From Strigamia acuminata (taxonomy: Eukaryota), in contig OX442314.1 of NCBI GenBank assembly GCA_949358305.1, positions 29,574,001-29,638,000 on the forward strand: a stretch of DNA of 64,000 bases, read 5' to 3'. Numbering within the stretch: position 1 is the stretch's first letter; each line of letters opens with the position of its first letter. The translations under genes were made by a program, and so were the position numbers. A model generated the notes under the pieces. That model worked only from the letters and a program-made list of their open reading frames with translations. It searched no databases and was not told where the DNA came from. Below are positions 24,523-36,400 of the stretch, in pieces.

Positions 24523-26224
24523 GAATAGGTTAATTCGTCTTTCGACAACTGAATGCACCTAGTGCAGAAATGATTATTTAATTTTATTGGTTGATTTTTC
24601 AGCCTTGGACAAAGTTTTGTCGTGAACTGAAGAAGATTTATACGGCAGATTCACAAATTGAAAATACCTGATCGTTCCAAGCCAAACTTTGCGCTTGGGT
24701 TTTACACTCGTCTTTAAAGTGGTGAGTGAAAGTGCAGTACTGATAAATGAGCAGGAACCCAATCTTTGTAAGAGTTGAATTTCATACATCCTGACCATAA
24801 GAACATTCAAGCACTTTTGATGAAGTTATATGATAACAGTAATAAATGATTTCATAGTGCAGATATGGCTGTGCAGTGCTACATTAAAAGCTTATAAAGG
24901 AACACTGCCACAAAGAGAAGTCTGAACTTATTATTTTCTTGAATGGAGTACAGTTATTTGTGTTATTGGTGATATCAACTGTTTTTGATGAGATAAGAAG
25001 AGAAATTGCACTTGAAATGAAAAATTGGCTACTCAAAGACCAGCAAACGACTTGTTCATGGATTATTGAATCTTGACTTCAGATTATTTATTGCACAATT
25101 TTCCAGATGCCATTAATTGCAGACAAACTTTTCCCAGAAATTTTTTTTATTAATTTTAATTTTGCTTTTTATTAATTATTATTCACATTACATGCAAGAG
25201 TGAACACATTTAACCCCATAAAACATTAATGGCAATCCTGCTCTGTGGAATTGATAAGTAATTTTTCTAACTTTTTATGACAGGTCAATGAAATGAGCAA
25301 AACATTTCCTTGCTGTACCTCTTTTATCATGTAATAGAGTAAGTTTAGTAGTGAGTTTTGTGATCTTTTATCCCTTTAGGTTTGCAGAAACATCATTAAA
25401 AGAGAACATGTGAAAGGAAGTTGGTAGATAAATTTCCTCTTGAAAATAAAAGCCATAAAAGTTTTAAAACACTGCCTTTTAATGTGTAATGAAATGTGAA
25501 CTAGTCCATCTTGAATGATCACATTTTTTTCCTCTTTCTTTTCTTCATTCCATTTTCATAATTTAAAGATGAAATCATTTAAGTTTTTCTTTTCGGGTTT
25601 TTTTTTTGTCTTGAAATGATGATGGAGTTTTTGTTTGTGGTTTTAAATTGCATTGTTAAATGATTGTTGGAATCCAAGAACATTATAGTTTCAGCAAATT
25701 ATTGTTGAAAAAAAAATTAAATGTAAATAATGGTTTTGTTTTATTGATTTCACTTTATTAGATATAGATAACAAAGGTGTTGTAGTGTGAACTTTAAAAA
25801 TGAGTTTGTTGAAATGCATGTAAAGTTGTTGCTTCTTTTCTTGATTAACATGGTTTGAATCGATAGCTCCTTATCTGGTTCTGACCAGAGGCCGAGGCAT
25901 TGGCCAAGGAGCAAAGGCGACTGCTAAGCGGTATTACCGTTGCATGTATTTGAGAGGATGTACAATGTTAGGAGTTTCGGTTAAATGTAATGCGGGGAAG
26001 CCAGGTTAGGAAGGGGGTTGGAAGGGTGCTATTTCAATTTAGAGCGCTCGGAATTATGAAGGTTAGTTTGCACAAGATTTAACTTTGACTTATGGTCTAA
26101 ACCTGATGGATTGTTTTAATTGAATTAACATACAGTGGAATGCTGGTTATCCGAACTAATTTTCATAAGTTTGGAAAGGTGGCACAAATTATTGCGTAAA
26201 GCTAGGTTCACACTTGTGTTCACA

Positions 26225-26676
26225 CTATACTCTTTCCACACTCAAAAGGCACCCCTGGAAGCTTGGCTCCCATTGGCCGAGCCATTTCACTTGTGTATTG
26301 ATACAGAAAAAAAGAACCAAAACACCAGAAATGCATTTTCAGACATACAGATATAAATAGAAGTACAGACATTGCAATCGATTTCCTATTGTTTGGAAAT
26401 TGTTTGCTTTCCAGACATAGCAAGCAATAAAATTAAAATAAATGCATTTTATTTAAAAAACAATATAAAATTTTATTTCCAAAATAGAAAACATATTTTA
26501 TTCCACAATGACATTAAATGTACATCATTTTAACCATTATTATTCTGAAAAAGACGCAAAATCAAAGAGAACTACTTTTCCTCATAGCAGTAGTTGAACT
26601 GCAGTTCTGAGTGATCAGACTTGGCCAATGGGAGCCAAGCTTCCAGGGGTGCCTTTTGAGTGTGGAAAGAGTATAG
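26225..26676. mobile_element. MITE with perfect 54-bp TIRs (CTATACTC...GAGTATAG)
   Basis: 26225-26278 is the reverse complement of 26623-26676. Confidence 0.9.
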
Positions 26677-29600
26677 ACTCAACGCAATGAAAGGAAAAAT
26701 TAGTCGAACGCAACGCAGAGTCTGTTCACACTGTAGCACTTGTGAACAGAGCTGAAACAATTGAAGTTGCGTCTGGCCAATCAGAATATAGCTATATGGA
26801 CTTCATTTGTTCAAAGTGATAAACTTGACGAACTTTTACATTGATGAATGAACAGGTGTTCATAAAACCGATTTGTTTGCTTTGCTTTTCCTGCATTGCG
26901 GTGTTTATCACTTAAAACAGGAAATGGAAATGTAAGAGCGGATTTGTCCTTTCGACATTTTCATAAAGAAATGCGACCATCGACTGTGTTTACGATTGGT
27001 TTAGAGTTTTAAAAAATTGATTTTTGTTTTTGTTTTTTTCTACAGCTTTTAGCTAATGCACTTATTGTATTGACTGTTTATAACTGATCTTTATTGTAAG
27101 TTTTGTTTGTTTGTTGATTGTTCTATGGCTTTTATTAAAGCTTTGGATTTTCTAAGGATAAGAGCTTTCTGCCTCTCTTGATGCAGAAATAGTAAGGCCC
27201 TGATCGCACCACATCTGGACCATCTAGCAACATTGTTGGCTAATATTTTCCTCTGTCCCCATCATTTATCTCTTTTTCTACGTGCTGCTTGTCAGCACCA
27301 TCGGTCAGCGGGTGATCACTGTCAATTGGAGCTAGATAAAGCAGGCATCGGCTTTTGTAACAGGGCTGGTGCAAGCTCTTGCCACCAAATAAAGGACTTT
27401 CTAGATAAGAAAAAATGTCCAGTTTAAAATTGATAAATTACCTGAAAAGATGAAGCAAGCTTTTTTTTTTAAAAGAAAGTACATATTTCTATGTTTTTAA
27501 TTTTTGTGAGTATTATAATGATTGAAATGATATAAATTTAATTGTATTTTACAATAAAATGTATTTTCCATTTAAGTACAGGTATTCGTTATAACAGAAA
27601 GATCGTTATGTCGCAGTTCGTTATAACGAGGTTAGACTGTAATTGTAATTGTAATTTAATTATTTGTATTTTCATAAATTTTGTTGAGTATAAGGAGAGG
27701 AAAAAATAGTAAATTGACAGGAACTTGAAAATAAAATTTATTACCTGGTGACAAAACTTGTTATTTCTATTTGGCAATTTATCAGTGTGTACCTATACGT
27801 TACATTTTTGATGCCTTGAAAGTATGGGGTTGCGTCTGAATGAAAAAAACCATATAAGTTTAGTGGAACGTGATTTATGGATCATATTTTGAGATGACGA
27901 ACCGGAATTGGCATGTTTATTTCGAACGTAAAGAGGCTGCAGGTTTAAAGTTGAAGTGTTTGATGAAGGAATATTGCATTTGAACGTTGAATATTTTATT
28001 TCACAACACTGCGTTGTCATGAATTTATATTTTTTTTCCTTTCTTGTTTATGGCAAAAATTTATATTAGGTGCATTTCGAAAATAGAAACATTTCCACGT
28101 TTTCTACATTTTCCTCCATGTAGAAACCAGCATTAAATGTTGCTAGGTAAAATATACTTACTATATAAACAATTTTTTTTTGTTAGTTTGAAATTGCATT
28201 AAATTGCTGTTGCAATCAGAAGTTGCAAAAAAAGTGTGTACGGTAATTAGATATACTTTAAATGGTCCATTGGTTATCTGATTGGAAGGAAATAATAGCT
28301 TTTCGCTGATTTGATATACAATTTGAAGTGGAGTTGAAGTGTGCACAAAAAATACTGATTTGATCAAATTTGATTAGGGCAGCAGATAGACAATAGAAAG
28401 TAAGGAAACAAGGTGAGTACAAAAACTATACAGTGCTTTATGTTACTATTAAGGTTTTTACTTTTTTAATTTTCACTTCTTTTAATTTTTTCGGTTTTTT
28501 TTTATTATTTTTATTTGATGCTTTCTTTGAACTTTTATTTCTTGTCTCTATTTTGCAGTAGATACGAGAAATGGATGGATTTAATTGCTAACAGATCAAC
28601 ATGAGCGAGGATACTTACCACAATACTTGTACTATCGAAGACATTAATTCTTCGTTTTAAAAAAGTTAATGTCAATTACTAAGTGTAAAGTCGGGTGTGG
28701 GGATACTTACCACTATACTATCGAGGACATTAATTCTTTTTTTTTTAAGTTAACATCAATTAATAAGTGCAAAGTTACTTCCATTTAATGTTTCTTCTTT
28801 CTTGTGAAGTCGTAACTTAATGTATTGCCTCGTTTCGTCTGCGATTAATTATTATTTTTTTTTGTTATTTCACTGTGACAATTAATTTAAAGCGCCAGTT
28901 AATTTTTTTTTTAAAGTTTTTATTCACATTTTTATTTTCTTCTGTAGCCGGAATGAATGAAATGTGCAATTTTGGTCAATGTTTTGGTCCTGATTCAGCA
29001 AAGCGGCAATTTGACATAAATTATCGTAGATTATAATTACGGGGCTGTGTCAGTAGTTTTTCGTGCTTTCTGAAGATGTTAGAGAATTTTACCCTGAAAA
29101 TAAGTGCTGATAAATTGTTGTTCCCCGGTGGCTTGTAATGGTTTTATCCTGGGAATAACTCACATTCCATTGCTGCTTGTTTATCATGTGATGTGCGTTG
29201 TGATTTATCTTCTTTCGGCGATTTATCGTGCTTGCTTTGCTTATTGCCTATAACTTGCGACAACGTATACTCATTACCTCTCATTAAGAAATTAAATTTA
29301 TCTTTCTGCTGTGAATCATTTCTACTGTCTGCATTAAGTAGTAATTAATATTCACATTTTGGAACTACGCAGTAATATATTTGGGTTTGCAAATGAGATT
29401 ATTCCAAGAGATAAATTAATAATTTTTGAATAAGTGGCCATGTTTTCATTAAAAGCTAAAAGATAAATGCAAACTACTAGCGGGATATCATTTACTTTAA
29501 TTATTTGTAAGTTTCAAGTTGCTACATTAAGTTAGTATTACCAAACAGAACTATCTGTGTCTGCTGTGTGAGGTCTCTATAAAAGAAATCAATATTTAAG

Positions 29601-32279
29601 AGCATAAAGTAAACAAATCTTGTTTTTGACATTTGAGTTGAGTCATTACCAATATTCCAAATAGACTTCTGTTACTCTTGTTGTGCAGTTCATTTCATAG
29701 TATTGATTTTTAATGCTCCGGTGACTTGAATCTGAAACTGATTTAATTAATTTCACATTTTTATCATTTTATTCTGTCACACAAGATGAATTTTCAATGA
29801 TTTTCAAAGTATTTGAATTGCAACAGATACTAGTCTTCATGTTTTTTATTATTAAAGGAGAATATACCATCAATTTGGAATTGTGTCATGGCTCAGTTAA
29901 AATCTGGGCAGGTCCATTACTGTCTGTGTTGATTAATTGTTAACAATTTTCCAACGTCTGGAGTTGCATCTAACTTGTGGTTGAAAGAACATGTTACATA
30001 AATCAATAAAGTATAATTGCATCAGGTGCTATGTTGGTAACTTGATTCAAGTTTGTTTATTTTCCTATGCTGATGAAAAATTCATTAATGGGATTAATGG
30101 ATCTATAAATTCTTGATGAAGTTGGTTCATTTATTTCTACAAAGGATGGGCAATGGTCACATTTTAATTTAATTATTGAAATTATTGTTATTTATCTGGC
30201 TTAAGAGCAAATTATAACTTGAGTTTTCACACTGTTTGAATGTAAAGAGTTATAATTTTCAATTAATTCAGTGGGCTACCAATAGATGAAGCTTCTGTGG
30301 TTGTGCCACACTACTAAATTTCATAGGTTTTAATCAGAGTTTTCATGTTTCTCTAGATGAAATGGAAATCTGAGATTTAAGCTGTATTAAAAATTAAAAT
30401 AAAGTATATTTATTACACATGTTTCAGCAAAGGAAATACGGAATTATATTGGAAAATGCAATGAGAAATTGAAAATTTCAAGCACACTGGTGCTTTAATT
30501 ATGTCTAGTTCACACTTGAACCACTTATGTAGAAGTTGTGACTTACAGAAAGTCTAATTTCTACAAGTGTGAATGATCTATTTTCAGAGATGGAGCAAAG
30601 CTGGGAAGCCAACTTTTGATAGGCGTTTTTGCTTGTATGGCGTGCAAGCCGAAGTCTTGTTTTTTGTCATAAATTATCAATATAACCCTTTGATCCTGTT
30701 TTTATAAGTAAAACCCTGTACAATTAACTTGTCTGACCAACTGGCCGCCAGTCGGCACTGGCTACATTATAAGGATGATGGCTCCTACTATGGCGTACCG
30801 TCGCAGCTGCATCCAGATTGCAGCCAATCAGCACAGAAGATTGCACGAGATGTCGGACTGTGGTCAGACGTCCACAAACGACACAGAACAACTCCGGGCA
30901 CGAGAGTGACTGGTTGCGTTGCTAAAATGAAGGTGATGAAGAGCGATCCGTAGATTGTTACCTTAACAGCATGTTTCATTCGTCTTGTGGAGAAAAATAA
31001 TCAAAATATTCATAAATAAGTCAAATTTCAACAAGTTTTTATTCACGTTACTTAAAAGTGAGTTCCAAAACTTAAAACTGTTAAAGTTCTAATATTACAA
31101 AAATGGATCATGTGATTCTTCTTAACCATTAAGGAAGAGTTTAATTCCATTAAAAAAAAGTACCGAGTTCAAAATTTGATCTTAAAATGGGCTCAGAATT
31201 GTTATTTTAGCAGCCAATCAAAATTGAGCATAATGATATTATTGAAAAAGTAAATTTACATCTTACAGCGCATGCGTGGACGTAACTACCCACTTAAAAA
31301 TGTTCAGCAACATTTTTATGAGATCATTGAAGATTTTGATTCTCATTTTTCACACCATACGGCAGCGTGTCTAGTTCTAATTAAAGTCACAGTCAATTGG
31401 AGCAGCACTAATCTCAAGCTGCTGTCAGATTTATCAAGTTCTATAGCAAGTCTTATCTTTGTTTAATAGTGTGTTTTATTTGCTTATTATGGAATTTAAC
31501 TTGGGTGTTCTGTATCGATCTCATTTACAATTTCCACTGCAAAAGCCGTGTGTTATTCTTAAATAATTGAGTGTGATAGTGGCTATACATATCACTTATG
31601 TTATTGGTGAAAGTGGAGTGATAGGAAAGCTTAATGCAGCATAAATATATCTAGTGAAGGTGATGTAAAGTGAAGTGGACACAAAATAGATTTGGGAGTT
31701 GTGAACCATTATTGTAAAAATAAAATTTAAAATTTAAATTAGATTTAAAAAAAAAGTGTTTAGAAATTTAATCTGGTGATGGGATAATGCTATTTAAATG
31801 GAGTTGTGATTATTCATTCATTTTTAGTGTGCTTTGTAAGAAAGCAATTATGGTTACGTATGGTTACATACATGTTTAATGAAACCGGGCTGAGATTTAA
31901 TTATGTGATCAAGTTGTTTACAAAACAAGTGTAAGGTGTAATAGATAGTGGGAAAATCAATATTTTCTCCGCACTTAGGATGGATTTAGTTCTAGATCAA
32001 CAAAGAATAAAATTAACAATAATTTCCTGGGATAAACTTTATTTTATCTTTAAGTAAATATTTAAGTAGCAGTTTGATGGGGTCTTTAAACGGCTGCAAC
32101 CCAAACAATTGTCACGTGCAAACACATTAAAGTAGCAAAGACTTAGAAATATTAATTGTAAGCTTATATCCATGCAAGGACCCTCAATCGATTAATAAAA
32201 GACAAGATAAAATGAAAAACTGGTTTGCGGCGGCATCTAAACACGTTACTATCGGCCAATAAAGAATCATAAAATTTCT

Positions 32280-32310
<31 letters not shown>

Positions 32311-32418
32311 TTGCAAGTAAAGAAAACATTTTTCTTCTTGAAACAATAGTTGTAATTGCATGAACTAAAAGAATGAATCATTTTCGATTATGGAAATTAA
32401 GATTTTCGGCGGCCATTA

Positions 32419-32894
32419 AGGGGTTTCATTAAATGAGCGATTAGTTGATTACTTTGATTACTTTGATTACTTGATGTGACTGGATTCCACCAATCCCGAG
32501 AATAATTATTTTATCAAATAAGCAACTAAACAACTAATCAAGTAGTCATCCCAAACCATGATTTTCTGCTGACTTGTGCCGATTATAAGTGCTCTCTCGA
32601 CTGAAACCAACATGGCGGCGCCAGACCAGCTTCAACTACACAAGGTCATAATTTAACAAAGTCTGCTCAGTTTAACCTAAACTGAACACACGAAACGAGT
32701 TAGGTAGTTGCAATTATTATTTGTAGGAACTTTTTTTAAACAATTGCAACATATTGAGGTTACAATTTAAACAATTTCGCCCATTGTAACAATAATCACA
32801 TAATCAGATTTTTGTTGCGCCCTCAATAATTGAGTGATTATGATTATTGCAATAATCAACTAATCACAATAATCGCTCATTTAATGAAACCCCT
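32419..32894. mobile_element. Complete 476-bp MITE
   Basis: TIRs aggggtttcattaaatgagcgatta / taatcgctcatttaatgaaacccct, TA on both sides; second copy at 13876-14341. Confidence 0.92.
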
Positions 32895-33488
32895 TAGTAT
32901 AAATTCACCGTGAACGTGTTCCTATAGGAATAAACTTTGCCGCTTGGCACGCTGCTGTTGTTCAATCACGCAGAGAACAAAGGAATCACCAGAGTTGTCG
33001 CATCTGTGTATTCTTCTAATTTGTATGCTGGGGGGGGGGGGTCAGCGTGATTTTGGCAATTAGCACCGGGTTTGTTTAAGTGTCAGAATAATCGCCGGGA
33101 GTTCAAATAGGCGCCGGGTGGTCGGGTCCGAAAAATAAATGAACCAACTTCATTCCGGCAAGTCATTTTTTCTACTTTCACCCCCAGTTACAATTTAAGC
33201 ACTGGCTACTGTTTAAGCCGTATCAGCATTTTCTGAAGCATTAACAGTAGCTTATTAGTCATAGGGTCCAATGATATGTTGATAAATGGACAGGCTTGCA
33301 TTAGACATCTTAGTGTGGAGAGTGGTGACTTAACATCTAAATGGGATTTTGTTTGGAAAAAAAATCTTTGACAAACACCTGCTTAGCATCACTTTAAATT
33401 AATGGTTTTTACCAAATTCTTTTATCCATCAAAGTATTTTTAAGCTTGAATTTTGAACATCTAGTTTCATAGAATTTATAACTGTCAT

Positions 33489-36400
33489 TGTGGAAACTGG
33501 CGGTTTCCAAAGTGAAATAATTTAGTTGAGTGTTTTGACCACCGTGGCACAAGTGAAAACTTACTTGTGACCCGGATTAAATGTATTCTTGGAATTTAAG
33601 GATTAACTTAATCCTCTTGTTTTATATATCTAAAATTTTGAATAAAAACTCACTGTCTTTTCAAATGTAACCTTGTCTACATCGTTTCTTTGAGTCTACA
33701 ACAAACTTCGATCCGAATCCGACTCCATCCGTCGTTTTAACAAGTTTTAGGAGTGTTTCATTTATACAAGTTGCTCGTGCAACGTCTCATGGTGCCGAAA
33801 CCCGGGAAACATTTTTGAAAACGAACCAGAACGCGAAAAATGGACGATTTGGAGAGAAGTCGTGCACAAAGAGAAACACAGAGAAGAAGCGTGCGTGCGC
33901 TTTTTGCGAAATTGAAGAAAGAAATGGCCGAGGATCCCCTCAACGAGGTACGATTATTATGCATACAAGCCCAACTAATCACAAAACGTTTGAAAATCGA
34001 TAAACTGGACACAATAATCGCCGACGGGATCACCGACGTGAACGAGGTGGACCAAGACGAATTCGAAGCGGAAGAACTACAAGACGAGATGACCGCCGCC
34101 CGAATCACACTCGAAGTCGCCTTGAAAGAACTCGCGCAAACGAAACAAACACCACCACAACAACCACCGCAAGTACCACTCGTAAATATACCACCAGTTA
34201 ACCCTCTTTTCGTTCCACCTGTGCAAAACCCAAATCCAGTCCAACCACAATGCGCAGTGATGAAACTGCCGAAGCTCGAGGTCGCCAAGTTTAAAGGCAC
34301 ACCAGAAACCTGGACGGGGTTCTGGTCAGATTTTGAATTGAGTGTCCATAATAACGCTTCTTTGCCCAAAACAGCCAAATTTGTGTACCTACGCTCGTTA
34401 GTTGAGGGTCTTGCAGCGAATGCAATCAGCGGACTGACTGTAACCGAGTTAAATTACGACACTGCCATTTCCCTCCTCACAAATCGATTTGGGCAGAAGG
34501 AACAAATTGTCGGTGCACACATGGCCAAACTGCTCGAAATGCCATCCGTGAAACGAGTAGAAGATGTGGCGGCCCTACGGAGACTCTATGATTTCTGCGA
34601 CCTGCATGTTAAAAGCCTCGAAAACCTCGGAGTACCGACGGAAACCTTTGGCCCATTGTTATGCCCAATACTCGCGCGTGCTGTGCCAACCAGCATACAA
34701 CATGATTTTGCACGTCCACGAGGAGATGCACCTTGGGTTGTTAAAGAATTTTTGGACTTTTTTAGATTCGAAGTAGCGATGCGAGAGCGTACAGAAGCCG
34801 CAGACAAAACCAACAATAAAACACAAGAATCGACGGAAGCCCCGAATACCAAAAAGGAAGAGGTGAAGAAAACCAATTACAAGTCTAATAATCACAGTTC
34901 CGCTTCAGCCCTCTCCAACATTGTCTACAAATGCACGTTTTGCGAGAAAGAAGATCACAAGAGTCCAGACTGTCCGTTGTCCGTGGAGAAACGAAAGGAA
35001 GCGTGTTTCAAGGCCCGACGTTGTTATCGATGCTTAAAAGAGAATCATCAGGCTCGCCAATGCAACACCCGATTTAAATGCCGAAAATGTGAGCAGAAAC
35101 ATCACACGTATTTGTGCGATAAGGAAGACAACAAGAAGACGGAAACAACTTTAACTTCGGCCGTTCAAGAATCAACAAGTACGGAAACCGTGATGTTCCT
35201 GCAGGTCGTCGTGTTGGAGGCCAACGGAAACAACGAGAAGAGAAGAGTCCAATGCTTCTTGGATGGGGGATCCCAAAGAAGCTTTATAACTGAAAAACTG
35301 TCGAGAGAACTGCAACTAGAGAAGATTGGTGAGCAGTCAATCGCCCTCTTGACTTTCGGATCTACTGAACCAACAATTGCCAAACGGAAACAGGTGAAGT
35401 TAAGTTTAAATAACTGTGAAAATAGAAATTGCAATTTAGAAATCAAAGCGCTTGAGTCGCCCTGGATAACTCCGACATTACGAGGAAAACCTGACGAACG
35501 AGTATTAGAAAAACTGAAGAAATACAACATCAAACTGGCTTACGACAACAGCGTTCACAGGGACGACGGCGTTTCCATTTTAATTGGCGTCGACAACTTT
35601 TGGAGAGTTACAACGGGAAAGCAGCAACGCATCGACGAAAATCTCATGGCAATCGAAACCATATTTGGATGGACGTTGCACGGCTCAACCGGAGAGACTG
35701 AAACAACCGTGTCGTCTTTAGTGCGGGTAAACAAGATTTTAATTGCCGATAATACAGATGAACTTTTAGAAAAATTCTGGAACTTGGAATCGATTGGGAT
35801 TCACCACGAGACTATGGAACCGGGAATCGATGAAGTGGACACGTTGAAACGATTCAAAGAGCAAATCGAGTGGGTAGATGACCATTACGAAGTGGGATTC
35901 CCGTGGAAGATTGACCGCAAGGAATTGAACGACAATCGAGATGTTGCAAAAAAGCGTTTGTGGAGTTTAATTAACCGTTTTCGAAAAAATCCCAAGTTAT
36001 ATTTAGACTATAAAAAAGTGATCGACGAACAACTCGCCTCCGGAATCTTGGAAAAAGTTCCGAAGAACTCGAAACCAGACAACCCGTATTATATCCCTCA
36101 TCGACCAGTAATTGACGAAACTCGAGCCACAACAAAACTAAGAATTGTGTATGACGCGTCGTCACATGCAAAAGGATGTTTATCACTAAACGACTGTCTG
36201 AGTAAGGGTCCGAATATGTTACCTCATCTAATAAACATTGTTTTGAAGTTCCGAACCGGCAAATACGGCGCAATCGGCGACATCGAGAAAGCCTTCCATC
36301 GAATACATCTCAAGACGGACGAACGAGACGTCACACGACTTTATTGGATTGAGGACGGGTGGAACGGTGAAGAGTCGGTAAAACTAATTGAATTGCGCCA

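Noticed and set aside
28610..28780. About 90-bp tandem duplication containing atacttacc (U1 snRNA 5' end-like)
   Set aside because: The match is only 9 nt with no U1 body; an ordinary local duplication.
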